The notes: generated by a model from the letters alone, not told the origin. A DNA stretch of 64,000 nucleotides from an uncultured Gammaproteobacteria bacterium (GCA_964629685.1 CAZVTT010000001.1:641319-705318); one strand, 5' to 3'; positions 9,169 through 19,947 are shown, counted from the first letter of the stretch. Program-made: numbers and translations.

Positions 9169-11625
9169 TTAAATGCTTTTCTCCGGGTGGATTATTCCAT
9201 CCGGTGTGCGTTTCCCATATAGAGCGTCAAGCTCTTCCCCGGACAAGAGGTCATTTTCGGACTTGTTTAATACTTGTGCTGCCTGTTGAAGTAAATGCGC
9301 CCAGGATGATTTGTTTACATAGAGCATACCGTCGGCAGCCAGCGTTCCACCCTGGTTAATAAACCCAACGCCCCGAATCGTTTTACCGGAAAAATTATGC
9401 ATCATTGCCCCAATAAATAGTTCTGGCCTGGTATGTGTAACCATAATATAAGACTGTGTATCGTGATTAAAAATAGCATTTCTGGTTTCTTCCGGCGCGA
9501 GATGATGCGCTTCTCCTTCGTTTCTGGGTAAACGGAATCGACCCGGTTCCAGAATATATGCAACCCGGTGGGGAACGTCTTTTTCGGTTAATCGAACTGA
9601 AGCTTTCATAATCTCCATGAGTTGGTACGTACCCATGGCGATGAAACACAATTTGCTTTCAGACTGCTTATGGCCGAGCCAGGGAATTACCATTCCGCCA
9701 TTTGCTACGAGAGTCCGTGATTCATCCCGCGTAAACCAATGGGGAGTTATGCGCTTGGAAACGACAATAGTCCAAATTTGACCCTGTGTTTTAAATAGCT
9801 GCTCCATGACGGCTACCGAAACGTTATAGTCGGCCGGGAAAAACACCCGGGATATATCCGAAGTTTCGGCAAACATAGACTCCGCCATCGAAGAATCCTG
9901 ATGAGACAGTTCGTTCTTGCCGTTTTCCCAGCTGTGCGAAGTGAGTACTAGCGGGACCGATAACCATTTAGCAGGGCGGCCTTTTTCGGATTTGTGTTTG
10001 GAAAAAATAACTTCCTGTCGGGCTTCTCCGAATATTTTTGATCCGAATGCTTCATACGTCACAATAATATTTATTCCGCCTTTATTGCCGAACGCGGCAC
10101 CGGCAATAGCTTCTTCATTTAGTGCCGTTATTACTTTTCCGAAAACTGATTCGGATATCCCGCCTTCAGGATGAGTGACTCGGAATTTTAGTTCCTGCAG
10201 CGTTTCCGTCATCCTGTTGGATGTCATTTCATCTGGGTTTCCTACCCGTGGTCGAAGCTGCGGATTTGCTAATACGGTAGCTATATAGCTTCTATCTATT
10301 CCTTTTATCGGCGCAATATATTGTTCCTTAGGCTGGTGTAAACGGTCTTCGGATATCTCCAGATACTGTAATGCCGGTTCGTGTTCGATATGGACGTCAC
10401 GATTAGCGACCGGATTATCCCGTTCCCGTTGCCGTTTAGTATGCTCATGGTTATTTATGGTAGCGATAGCTTTCCGTAAATCCGCTTCCGGTACATATAA
10501 TTTTTTAGCATGCGTATTAAATCTATTGGCGGCAATATGATCCTGACTTGGATTCGTTACCAAAGGCAGATTGTGTGCAAAATTTGTGCCTTCATTATAA
10601 AAACCCGCACCTTTCGGGGCGACTGCTATACCGTACGGAATGGGCAGTTCGTATTTGTCTATGCTGTCTATTTCTTTGGCTTCATGTTTTAGCCGGCGTT
10701 CACTTTCAAATATTGCCCAGGCAAATGCTGCAGGGTCCCGTCCGTCAAAAACAAACGGATCAAAATTATGTAATTTAAGATAATTCACGAACCATTCCAC
10801 TCCACCTGACATAGACATCGTACTCCGTTGATCTATTCTTCTACCGTTTGCGATCATGATCGGTGTAATAAGTCCGCTATCTTCTTCTCTCCACCAACGC
10901 GGAGTCCAGTCGCTTCCGCGTTGTTCTTCAAATGCGCCATCACTTAAAAACGCTACGAGTCTCTCTCCCGGGAGCGGCATATGTGCATACTGTACTTCCG
11001 TAAATCCCAAGTAGCCGCTCTCCATGTGGCCGCCTGCTGTATTAGGGTTTACATGGCTTCCCAAAGGGGTATCCTGTTTTCCCTGCGCATTTAATATGCA
11101 GGAATAGAAGTCGCGGACATAACGGGTTAATCCTTCATCGGATAATGAATACCGTTCTTTATGGGCATCCGTCATGTTATCTAATAATAAGTTTACGCTA
11201 TCAATCGCAGCTACGGCATGTCCCTGACCGATAACCCATGCTCGGGTTTTTCCCATTATGGCATTCATTACCATATAGCCGACATAGCCGGGTATCATGT
11301 TTAGTGAAGCTCCCGTGTGGCCTTCAGGTTCTCGTTTAAAATCATCCGCAACAAGTACCCGACCGTCCAAATATACTTTTCGGGTATAGGTCATGTGTGC
11401 CACTAACCACATTCCGGCATTGGCTAATCTGTCGGCTGCGTGTAACAACGCGTAAGGATCTACATCAGGAGCCAAAAGGGAATTTTCCTTTAGATAAGGA
11501 ACCATTTCCTGAATCCGTGCTATTGTTTCCGGTTGGTGCTGAATGACACCGTATCCTTCTTTCCAGGAAATTTCAGAGGCAGTATCCATAGTATCTACTA
11601 TACTTTGCGTAGCGGGGAATAACAA
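9169..11625 (-). CDS. xfp: Xylulose-5-phosphate/fructose-6-phosphate phosphoketolase
   Basis: An 818-aa ORF. Its length and overall similarity match XFP-family phosphoketolases, which are thiamine-diphosphate-dependent. It lies directly downstream of ackA on the same strand. Confidence 0.85.
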   Translation of the reverse strand: MLFPATQSIVDTMDTASEISWKEGYGVIQHQPETIARIQEMVPYLKENSLLAPDVDPYALLHAADRLANAGMWLVAHMTYTRKVYLDGRVLVADDFKREPEGHTGASLNMIPGYVGYMVMNAIMGKTRAWVIGQGHAVAAIDSVNLLLDNMTDAHKERYSLSDEGLTRYVRDFYSCILNAQGKQDTPLGSHVNPNTAGGHMESGYLGFTEVQYAHMPLPGERLVAFLSDGAFEEQRGSDWTPRWWREEDSGLITPIMIANGRRIDQRSTMSMSGGVEWFVNYLKLHNFDPFVFDGRDPAAFAWAIFESERRLKHEAKEIDSIDKYELPIPYGIAVAPKGAGFYNEGTNFAHNLPLVTNPSQDHIAANRFNTHAKKLYVPEADLRKAIATINNHEHTKRQRERDNPVANRDVHIEHEPALQYLEISEDRLHQPKEQYIAPIKGIDRSYIATVLANPQLRPRVGNPDEMTSNRMTETLQELKFRVTHPEGGISESVFGKVITALNEEAIAGAAFGNKGGINIIVTYEAFGSKIFGEARQEVIFSKHKSEKGRPAKWLSVPLVLTSHSWENGKNELSHQDSSMAESMFAETSDISRVFFPADYNVSVAVMEQLFKTQGQIWTIVVSKRITPHWFTRDESRTLVANGGMVIPWLGHKQSESKLCFIAMGTYQLMEIMKASVRLTEKDVPHRVAYILEPGRFRLPRNEGEAHHLAPEETRNAIFNHDTQSYIMVTHTRPELFIGAMMHNFSGKTIRGVGFINQGGTLAADGMLYVNKSSWAHLLQQAAQVLNKSENDLLSGEELDALYGKRTPDGIIHPEKSI

Positions 11626-11651
11626 GATAAAAGGAAGAGTTAATAGGTGAT

Positions 11652-12869
11652 CTACCCTAAGTTAAGGTAATCACGGACGTATCTGAGAATGAGTTTTGAT
11701 TCGTCTACAGGTATAACCCACGCGTCTATGACGGAATCTGATTTGGTGATTTTTGCCGTTTTGCTCGTAGTTGCATTATTTAACCCGCGGTCCAGGTTTA
11801 TGCCGATATGGTTAAGTCCTTCCAACACTCTTTCCCGAATAAATGGGGCATGTTCTCCAATTCCGCCACCGAAAACTATGCCTTTGGGCTTTCGCAGGAC
11901 TGCTAAGTATGAACCGATATATTTAACTATGCGGTAAACAAACATGTCTATGGCCAGTCGGGCGACAGAATCTTTGTGATATGCGGCAATTAATGTTTTA
12001 GTATCACCATCTGTTCCGCTGACACCCGCGAGTCCCGACTCGGTATTTAATATTTTTTCCAGCTGCGGTACGGACATACCACTCGATCGGGCAATATGAA
12101 AAATAACACCGGGATCCATATCGCCGGCGCGGGTCCGCATCATGAGTCCTTCCATGGGAGTAAAACCCATGGACGTATCTATGGACACCCCATCCTGAAT
12201 TGCGCATACGGAAGCCCCGCTACCCAACTGGAGCGTGATGATACTACTTAGGTTTCTGGGCGTTCTGGTAAGTTCCGCAAAACGTTCCAGCATATATTCG
12301 TGTGCTAAGCCATGAAAACCAAATCGTGTAATACCGAATGTCTGGGACATCTGTCGCGGAATGGCATACGTTGATGCATAGAGGGGTATTGTCCGGTGAA
12401 AATTAGTATCGAATACACCAATACAGGGAATTGTGTTACCTGTGTGTTTTTTTATTGTCCGAATGACCTTGATTGCCGGTTTATTATGTAAGTGCGCTAA
12501 TGCTGCGAGTCGTTCTAGGCTTACTAACGTATCTTCTGTAATGGTAGTTGGTTTGGTTATTTTTTTCCCGCCGTGTACTATCCTGATTCCAAACGCGTTT
12601 ACCCATTTTTCAAATGGTAGATGTGGATTCAGAAGCGCTATATATTCCAGTGCGGAAATGACTGCTGTTTCTAAATTAGATATATCCTGTTTGACGGTAT
12701 CAACATTTATAGTTTGGGAAGAGAAGATGAAGCGGGGATTTAGTCCTATATGGTCAATACTACCTGTTGCTATTTTTTTGCCACGGTTAATTGAGACGTC
12801 ATACACATCAAATTTTAATGTGGAGCTTCCACTGTTAAACGTGACAATATGACCGGGCAGGGTATCCAT
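11652..12869 (-). CDS. ackA: Acetate kinase
   Basis: The N-terminus IVTFNSGSSTLKF matches the acetate/propionate kinase phosphate-1 motif. At 405 aa it is co-directional with xfp. Confidence 0.85.
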   Translation of the reverse strand: MDTLPGHIVTFNSGSSTLKFDVYDVSINRGKKIATGSIDHIGLNPRFIFSSQTINVDTVKQDISNLETAVISALEYIALLNPHLPFEKWVNAFGIRIVHGGKKITKPTTITEDTLVSLERLAALAHLHNKPAIKVIRTIKKHTGNTIPCIGVFDTNFHRTIPLYASTYAIPRQMSQTFGITRFGFHGLAHEYMLERFAELTRTPRNLSSIITLQLGSGASVCAIQDGVSIDTSMGFTPMEGLMMRTRAGDMDPGVIFHIARSSGMSVPQLEKILNTESGLAGVSGTDGDTKTLIAAYHKDSVARLAIDMFVYRIVKYIGSYLAVLRKPKGIVFGGGIGEHAPFIRERVLEGLNHIGINLDRGLNNATTSKTAKITKSDSVIDAWVIPVDESKLILRYVRDYLNLG

Positions 12870-13049
12870 ATCTTCTGATAATATACACTATTATCTCCAA
12901 ATACTTTAGTAGTGCCAATATTTGTTTCCGATTAATTTCGTAGGTTTTTTGAAAAAAATACTATTGTAATAATCCAAACTGTGTTTTACGTTATGCTTGA
13001 ACTATAATTCAGGTAATTGTTTGAATCAACTGCTGTTGAAAGGGGATAT

Positions 13050-13766
13050 ATGAAAATAGTACTTGGCTTTGTGGGTCTAATCGCTATTCTGCTCGTGGGT
13101 ATTTGCGGATATTTGGGATTTATTCCCGGAATCGCCACGGTGCTTGGCGCGGATAAACCCCGTGATTTGGGTATAAGCGTGACTAAAGAGGATTCCATTC
13201 AGGCGCAGAATAAAACAGGTGTGGCGTTAGTTGCCTTACCTGCGGATACACCCTTAACCCAAAGTATAATTTTAACCGGAAAGAAAGTACAAACATATGT
13301 CATGGATAGCAAAGAGCTAACTGCGTTGGCGAATAACCGGCCATGGAAATACTATCCGTTGGAACAGGTTCAGATTCGTATAAACGACGATGGAACGGTA
13401 GAAACCAGTGGCGTTTTAAACGTCGATTCAATGATGAAATATGTTCAGGCAATTGGATATTCAACGTCGGATGTAGAAAAAGCATTAGAATCGTACAAGT
13501 TGCCGTTAAAAAAATTGCCGTTCTACGTAAAAACCAGCGGGGAAGTGAAGCATGGAAAAGTGACCGGTTCTATTCTTGCCGCCGAGGTGGGACGTATACC
13601 TTTGCCTTCATCTATCATTTCCGAGAGTACGCCGAAAGTTATTACCCTTATTGAGGAAGGAATTTCGAAATCGCCTGGTTTTACCGTGAATTCATTAAAG
13701 TTCGAAAATGGTACGCTGCTTTTTGACGGAACCGTTCCTGAACAAGAAGCTACGGTAAACAACTGA
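13050..13766 (+). CDS. Hypothetical membrane-anchored protein
   Basis: An ATG at 13050 is preceded by aagggga. There is a single N-terminal TM helix and no recognised domain. Confidence 0.45.
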   Translation: MKIVLGFVGLIAILLVGICGYLGFIPGIATVLGADKPRDLGISVTKEDSIQAQNKTGVALVALPADTPLTQSIILTGKKVQTYVMDSKELTALANNRPWKYYPLEQVQIRINDDGTVETSGVLNVDSMMKYVQAIGYSTSDVEKALESYKLPLKKLPFYVKTSGEVKHGKVTGSILAAEVGRIPLPSSIISESTPKVITLIEEGISKSPGFTVNSLKFENGTLLFDGTVPEQEATVNN

Positions 13767-13889
13767 ATAGCTGCAATCTATATCGGTTAGAAATTATACC
13801 GATATCCGCTTGTGTAACGGAAATTTCAGAATAGTCTCGATGTTGACGAAATCCCGGCATATAGTCTACTATATTGGTAGACAAATACT

Positions 13890-14291
13890 ATGCGGCTTAC
13901 TACCAAAAGCGAGTATGCTATTATTGCGCTTTTATTTATTGCTCGGGGTCAAGCCTCCGGGTATATCAGGAGTGAAGAAATTTGTGATGCGTATTCACTT
14001 TCAAAAAAATATCTGGAAAGAATATTAACCCAGCTAAAGCGAAGTAACGTAATTCTCACCAAGCGGGGAATTACCGGTGGATATAAGCTTAACTTACCTC
14101 CCGAAAAGATTAATGTTGCGGACATAGTTCGATTAATGGATGGACCAATAGCTCCTCTGGATTCAGTAAGTACGTTTTTCTACAACCACACAATACTGGA
14201 ACGGGAACATAAATTTCATACCGTCTTAAAAGAAATTAGGGATTACACCGCGAACCGGTTAGAACGGTTAAGTCTTCGCGATATTATGTAG
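13890..14291 (+). CDS. Rrf2 family transcriptional regulator
   Basis: The N-terminus MRLTTKSEYAIIALLFIA is a typical Rrf2/IscR winged-helix start. The protein is 133 aa. Confidence 0.8.
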   Translation: MRLTTKSEYAIIALLFIARGQASGYIRSEEICDAYSLSKKYLERILTQLKRSNVILTKRGITGGYKLNLPPEKINVADIVRLMDGPIAPLDSVSTFFYNHTILEREHKFHTVLKEIRDYTANRLERLSLRDIM

Positions 14292-14297
14292 AGATTT

Positions 14298-15317
14298 ATG
14301 AAAAAACTATTCGCTCTATTGTTGGTTATCGGGATAGCGGTGTGGTTTTCTTATCGATACTTTTTGATCAGACCGGAATTGTCACAAGCTCAGGTAACCA
14401 TACGTGTGGGATACTTTCCCAATTTAACGCATGCTCCGGTATTAATAGGGTTAAATCAGGGGATATTTCAGAAAAACCTTGGTCCGACAGTTTCTATTGA
14501 ATCAAAACAATTTAATGCCGGACCGACAGAAATTGAGGCATTATTTGCCGGAGAAATAGATATTGGGTATATCGGACCCGGTCCTGCAATAAACGGTTAC
14601 GTCAAATCAAACGGAGAAGCATTAAAGATAGTAAGCGGGGTTACTAGTGGTGGTGTCTCATTCATTGTGCAACCGGAATTGGCAGAAGAATATCATAGCA
14701 AAAAGGAACAGGCTTTCATCGGAAAAATTTTTGCATCCCCGCAGCAGGGAAATACTCAGGATATATCTCTGCGTCATTATCTCCGAACACATGGTTTAAC
14801 TGAGTTTACAACAATATCACCGATCGGAAATGCTGATCAAGTTGGTTTGTTTCAACAGAAAAAATTGGATGGTGCTTGGATTCCGGAACCTTGGGCATCA
14901 AATTTAGTTTTATCCGCAGGCGGAATTAGATTAATCGATGAACGAGACCTATGGGAAAATAAATCATTTTCTACGACGGTAATAATAGTTTCTTCTACGT
15001 TTATGAAGGAGCATCCCGAGTTGGTTACTCTTTGGTTAAAATCCAATGCGGATGTCATTGACTGGATACGGCAGAATGATAGCGAAGCAAAAGTTCTGAC
15101 GAACCGGGAGTTGGAAAACTTAACCCACAAAAAATTACCGGAGAATGTTTTAACCGAAGCCTGGGAAAAATTGCAATTTGAAACAGATCCGCAGCGAGAA
15201 ACGATCAAAATATTTGCAGAAAGGGCTAAATTATCCGGTTTTATTGCCGAGAATTCGGAAATTGAAAATATTTTTGAAGGTAAGTTCCTCTATGAGTTTA
15301 CAGGTAAGTCGTATTAA
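14298..15317 (+). CDS. ABC transporter substrate-binding protein, NMT1/SsuA/TauA-like
   Basis: An N-terminal TM/signal anchor is present. The periplasmic binding-protein fold is similar to NitT/TauT family SBPs. It sits upstream of the cognate ATPase and permease. Confidence 0.7.
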   Translation: MKKLFALLLVIGIAVWFSYRYFLIRPELSQAQVTIRVGYFPNLTHAPVLIGLNQGIFQKNLGPTVSIESKQFNAGPTEIEALFAGEIDIGYIGPGPAINGYVKSNGEALKIVSGVTSGGVSFIVQPELAEEYHSKKEQAFIGKIFASPQQGNTQDISLRHYLRTHGLTEFTTISPIGNADQVGLFQQKKLDGAWIPEPWASNLVLSAGGIRLIDERDLWENKSFSTTVIIVSSTFMKEHPELVTLWLKSNADVIDWIRQNDSEAKVLTNRELENLTHKKLPENVLTEAWEKLQFETDPQRETIKIFAERAKLSGFIAENSEIENIFEGKFLYEFTGKSY

Positions 15318-16014
15318 TAAGGTATATACGTACAATAGTAGTACAACCTCAGCTTTATCGGATGTTTCGTTACGGTTGAAGCATGGAGAATTCGGATGTA
15401 TTGTTGGTCCGTCGGGTTGCGGAAAATCCACACTCCTCCGGTTAATATCCGGCTTGGAGACCAGTAATGGAGGTCTGATCAAACGCCCAGTCAGAATTGG
15501 ATATTTATTTCAGGACCCAGCATTATTTCCCTGGCTTTCCGCCTTTGAGAATATAGCATTCGGTTTACGGATGGCGGGAATGCATCACGTAGACATTACA
15601 AAAAGAGTGTATCAGTATCTGAATTTGGTAGGACTGAGTGGATTTGCCGGGGCGAGGCCTTACCAGTTGTCAGGAGGCATGCGTCAACGTGTTGCTCTTG
15701 CCAGGAGTATGGTAATTGAACCGGATTTATTGTTAATGGATGAGCCATTCTCAGCGATTGATTTAAAAAATAAGGAGCGATTTTATGACGATATTCAGGA
15801 AATATGGAAAAGACAAAAAATGACGGTACTATTGGTTACTCACAATATCCGCGAATCGGTATGTTTGGGAAGTCGTGTTTTTATTATGTCAGGCAGACCG
15901 GGGACAATAAAACATGTTGTAGCGGTTCCATTAAACAGACCCAGAAAGCTTGACGATCTAAGAGTAACAATAGTTAGCAAACGGGTGAAAAAATTGTTGT
16001 ATGCATCCGCCTAA
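15292..16014 (+). CDS. ABC transporter ATP-binding protein (NitT/TauT family)
   Basis: Walker A GPSGCGKST, the ABC signature LSGGMRQRV and Walker B LLLMDEP are present. The start was moved to ATG 15292, so it overlaps the SBP gene by 26 nt. Confidence 0.85.
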   Translation: MSLQVSRINKVYTYNSSTTSALSDVSLRLKHGEFGCIVGPSGCGKSTLLRLISGLETSNGGLIKRPVRIGYLFQDPALFPWLSAFENIAFGLRMAGMHHVDITKRVYQYLNLVGLSGFAGARPYQLSGGMRQRVALARSMVIEPDLLLMDEPFSAIDLKNKERFYDDIQEIWKRQKMTVLLVTHNIRESVCLGSRVFIMSGRPGTIKHVVAVPLNRPRKLDDLRVTIVSKRVKKLLYASA

Positions 16015-16801
16015 ATCCTTTTTTCCGTTAATACGGTCCGTGCATACTTATATTTTCTTTCCGTTCATTTTGGGAGTAGTTTTTGTTTGGTGGATAATTT
16101 CATTCCTTCAGATATGGCCACGCTGGGTATTTCCTTCTCCGTTCGATGTCGTTGAAAGTTTGCTGGGAATGTTCCGAAATGGGCATTTACTTAAGGCTGT
16201 ACTAATAAGTTTCCGCAGGCTTTGTATCGGATTCGGATTATCTTTATGTGTTGGTACTCTGCTGGGATTATTGCTGGCGCGGTACAGTTGGTTACAGAAA
16301 ACGGTCGGCGTATTGATATTGGGTATTCAAACACTTCCCAGTCTCTGCTGGCTACCGCTCGCGCTGTTATGGTTCGGTTTAAATGAATCGGCGATAATAT
16401 TTGTGATTCTGATGGGTACATTTGTAAGTATTGCCATCTCCGTTAAGTCTGCCGTTATCCATATTCCGGTAGAATATATCCACGCCGGCAGACTTCTGGG
16501 CGCCAAAGGCATGGGTTTGTATAGACATGTGTTTCTTCCGGCAATATTACCCGAATATATATCCGGAATGAAGCTGGCGTGGTCATTCGCCTGGAGATCA
16601 CTTATTTCAGGAGAAATGATATTTATTTCTGCAGGTTTAGGGCAATTGCTCATGTTTGGCAGAGAATTAAATGATATAGCACAAGTTTTGGGTGTAATAG
16701 TTGTTATAGTTCTGTTGGGTTTAGCAGTAGACGTAATGATATTCCGAAATTTGGAGATACATGTACGGCGGCGTTGGGGATTATCCGAACAGGTGAAGTA
16801 A
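16001..16801 (+). CDS. ABC transporter permease (NitT/TauT family)
   Basis: A multi-TM protein with a BPD-transporter-like fold, positioned downstream of the ATPase. Confidence 0.75.
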   Translation: MHPPKSFFPLIRSVHTYIFFPFILGVVFVWWIISFLQIWPRWVFPSPFDVVESLLGMFRNGHLLKAVLISFRRLCIGFGLSLCVGTLLGLLLARYSWLQKTVGVLILGIQTLPSLCWLPLALLWFGLNESAIIFVILMGTFVSIAISVKSAVIHIPVEYIHAGRLLGAKGMGLYRHVFLPAILPEYISGMKLAWSFAWRSLISGEMIFISAGLGQLLMFGRELNDIAQVLGVIVVIVLLGLAVDVMIFRNLEIHVRRRWGLSEQVK

Positions 16802-16854
16802 TTACCACAGGGAAAAAATTGTGTATACTGGATTTGTACTAATACTTTATTCCT

Positions 16855-18444
16855 ATGCCTAGTCGGTTTATTGCTGCTTCACTGCTTACGTTCTCTATCC
16901 TTTCCTCTTTTATTTTCTGCGTTATCTATGTTGCCATGCTGTATTTCGGTATGGCTGAATTATGGATAATTGTATTGTTAACCGTAGGTACCAATGCTGT
17001 TTTATTATTTATAGGCCCGTGGTTAACAGATCACTTATCGCGTTGGTTTTATCACACTAAATTTATGACTGAGGCAGAAGTTGCACAGTCGTATCCGGAG
17101 ATGGCGGCACTCATCCGCAGTGTTTCTTCTGAGTTTAAATTTCCGTTTCCCAAGATTGGCATCATTGATGATAACAATCCGACTGCGTTTACGTACGGAT
17201 CGGGAAGGTACAATGCCAGACTTGTAGTTACGAAAGGTATTTTTTTGTTTTTAAAACCGGCCGAGGTAAACGCTGTTGTTGCACATGAACTTGGACATAT
17301 TGTTAATAGGGATTTTCTGGTCATGATGATTGCCAGCACCATTGTGCAGATACTCTATGAGATATATGCAGTACTTATCAGGGTACGGGGAAGAAAAACC
17401 GGCGGTCTTAAACTCGTCGCGTTACTGTCGTACGTATTTTACGTTATAGGAACATATTTACTGCTTTTTCTCAGCAGAACACGGGAATATATGGCGGATG
17501 CGTTTTCGGCAAGCCGCACTTCTCCCGAAGATTTGGCGCATGCGTTGGTAAAAATTGCGTACGGAATCGTATCCGTAGACGATTCCGAGGTCAGTAAACG
17601 ATTGTTGGAAAGCACAAGGCATTTGGGAATAATAGACGTAAAAAATGCTAAACACGTTGGTATGACCGCTTTTATTGCCCAGCAGCAATCGGAAGTAGTA
17701 GCGGAAGCAATGGTGTTTGATGCCGTCAGTCCGTGGGCAAAATTAATAGAAATTCATTCAACCCATCCGTTAACGGGCAAACGGATTCAAACGCTCAGTA
17801 ACATTTCACAACAGTTGGGAAAGCCATTTAGTTACGATGTGAATGCGGCAATCAAACGGTTAAATATAGATAACACCAGACTATATAGCGGATTTTTATT
17901 CGGGCTGTTTATGTCGGCAGCTCCGTGGATAGGAGCATTAGTTGCCGTTTTTGTATTTCCGATTCCGTTTGTATTAACCGGTGTCGCCTTGGGTTTACTT
18001 GTGCAAATTCCCTATAAATATCCGGTTGGGACACCGATTGCTACTACGGTACTGGATCAGCTGAGAAATCCGTATGCATCACCACTTCATGGACAACCCA
18101 TACAATTACAGGGAAAAATAGTGGGAAGAGGCGTACCCGGTTATATTTTCAGTGAAGACATGATGTTTCAGGATAATACCGGTTTGACGTTTGTGGATTA
18201 TTCCTCGAAATTCGGGGCGATCGGTAATTTATTCTTTGCGGTTGGGAAGATTAAAACGCTATTTAATACTCCGGCAAAAGTTGTCGGGTGGTATTATCGG
18301 GGGATGAGTTCCTTAGTTTCGCTACGGTACCTTCAAACAGAAACTGAAACCGTACGGAGTCACCCTATCCTCTGGACGGTTGTGCTGTCCATATGTATGA
18401 TTGTGCTTTCGTTTGGGATATACTTTTGGGTTATTACGAATTAG
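16855..18444 (+). CDS. M48 family zinc metallopeptidase (HtpX-like) with a long C-terminal multi-TM extension
   Basis: The HEXXH motif HELGHIVNRD is present. TM helices flank the protease domain. The 529-aa length is unusual for HtpX. Confidence 0.7.
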   Translation: MPSRFIAASLLTFSILSSFIFCVIYVAMLYFGMAELWIIVLLTVGTNAVLLFIGPWLTDHLSRWFYHTKFMTEAEVAQSYPEMAALIRSVSSEFKFPFPKIGIIDDNNPTAFTYGSGRYNARLVVTKGIFLFLKPAEVNAVVAHELGHIVNRDFLVMMIASTIVQILYEIYAVLIRVRGRKTGGLKLVALLSYVFYVIGTYLLLFLSRTREYMADAFSASRTSPEDLAHALVKIAYGIVSVDDSEVSKRLLESTRHLGIIDVKNAKHVGMTAFIAQQQSEVVAEAMVFDAVSPWAKLIEIHSTHPLTGKRIQTLSNISQQLGKPFSYDVNAAIKRLNIDNTRLYSGFLFGLFMSAAPWIGALVAVFVFPIPFVLTGVALGLLVQIPYKYPVGTPIATTVLDQLRNPYASPLHGQPIQLQGKIVGRGVPGYIFSEDMMFQDNTGLTFVDYSSKFGAIGNLFFAVGKIKTLFNTPAKVVGWYYRGMSSLVSLRYLQTETETVRSHPILWTVVLSICMIVLSFGIYFWVITN

Positions 18445-18501
18445 GTCGGAATTTATCCGTCCGGCTTGTCCGAAATGCTTGGGTAAGTACACCATGAGTT
18501 T

Positions 18502-19947
18502 ATGTTAAAGTTTCTACCCCGCCTGCTGATTGCATGTGGATTCATGGGATTAATCGCAGCCTATGTATTCTTTCCCCGAACATATGTGATTACCGTAACG
18601 GCAAAAGGTTTTGATCCGCAGAATATTACGATTCATCCGGGGGATTCCGTAACATTCAAAAATGCGGATAATGCAGCAGTCTGGCCGGCATCCGATCCTC
18701 ATCCGTCGCATGTGTTTTATCCGGTATTTGATCATTTGTCTCAAATGCCTCCGGGTAAGGAATGGACATTTACGTTTCGAGTGTCAGGTGACTGGACATA
18801 TCATGATCATTTGCATCCTGACAGAAACGGGAAAGTGCAGGTTCGGCCACGGTGGTTGTTACTCTCAAAACTAACTGGAATGTATACCGACAATTCCGAA
18901 TCTAGTGCCTGCACGATGTCTGATCCGGATGAACGGAAGCGCTGTTGGTTATCCTATTTGTCAAAATATATTGAAGGACAGGGAATAGACAAAAGTTATA
19001 GGTGGTTAATGACGGCGCAACAAAGTGATCCTACTATTTTTCCGCTTTGTCATGATTTAGCACATCTTATAGGGAAAGGTGCCTACAGATTATTTATTCA
19101 GAATAAATTGACGTCATTGTCCAGTGAATATACCGGTTGTGACTGGGGGTTTTATCACGGATTTATGGAATTATTTGTTTCCTCCGGTCAGGATGTCCGT
19201 AAGGCGGGTATGCTTTGTGATTCTATTACGGCAGTTGAGGCTGCGAGAAAAGGGGAATCCGTCTCCGGTTGTTATCATGGTATTGGTCACGGAAGTGCCA
19301 TCGTTCATGAGGCGAACGCTGGGCAGGATCTTTGGCAGGCTGTTCCTGACGGAATTCGGTATTGTGAACAGGCATCTCCAAATCAACCTGATCGCTTAAA
19401 TTGTGTCAGCGGGGTAATAGACGGTATTGCCAGCGTTTATACCAGCGGTACGTTGGCTATTCTTCCCAAAACGGTTGCTGACCCCTATGCCGTTTGCGTA
19501 CCGTTCCCTCACTATGCAGATAGTTGTTATTCAGCATTAAACTGGTATTTGTTGTGGATTTACGAAAATGATTTTGCTAAAGCATTAAATACCGTGGCTA
19601 CCATTCCTTCCGTATCTATCAGGCAGGACGTTACCTTGTGGTTATCCAGTGTGGCTGTCCGAACCGTAAGTGATGCCCGGACCTTACTTCCGGTTTGTCT
19701 GAAGGCGACTGCGGTACAACGTCACCCATGTGTAAACGGTATTGTTCAGGCTCGTTACCGTCAGGAGACGAATATCGGACCGGAATATGCTAAAGCATTA
19801 GAAGTATGTGATACTTTTCCTGAAAGTTTTATGTCCGATTGTACAAAAGAAATAACACGGCTTATCAGAACTGAAGGAAGTCCGGAAGGAAAAAAAACAC
19901 TATGTGCGCTCTCCCGTTGGCGTGAGGCGGACGTGTGTACGCTTTAA
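18502..19947 (+). CDS. Cupredoxin-like N-terminal domain protein with a Cys/His-rich C-terminal region
   Basis: There is an N-terminal TM helix. HPGDSVTFKNADNAAVWPASDPHP resembles a cupredoxin/EfeO-like fold. Downstream there are 18 or more Cys residues, including CHDLAHLIG and CYHGIGHG motifs. Confidence 0.45.
   Translation: MLKFLPRLLIACGFMGLIAAYVFFPRTYVITVTAKGFDPQNITIHPGDSVTFKNADNAAVWPASDPHPSHVFYPVFDHLSQMPPGKEWTFTFRVSGDWTYHDHLHPDRNGKVQVRPRWLLLSKLTGMYTDNSESSACTMSDPDERKRCWLSYLSKYIEGQGIDKSYRWLMTAQQSDPTIFPLCHDLAHLIGKGAYRLFIQNKLTSLSSEYTGCDWGFYHGFMELFVSSGQDVRKAGMLCDSITAVEAARKGESVSGCYHGIGHGSAIVHEANAGQDLWQAVPDGIRYCEQASPNQPDRLNCVSGVIDGIASVYTSGTLAILPKTVADPYAVCVPFPHYADSCYSALNWYLLWIYENDFAKALNTVATIPSVSIRQDVTLWLSSVAVRTVSDARTLLPVCLKATAVQRHPCVNGIVQARYRQETNIGPEYAKALEVCDTFPESFMSDCTKEITRLIRTEGSPEGKKTLCALSRWREADVCTL

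Noticed and set aside
13810-14028. 72-aa ORF overlapping the start of the Rrf2 gene
   Set aside because: It is out of frame with the conserved Rrf2 N-terminus and its first half covers the promoter and operator region. It is more parsimoniously spurious.
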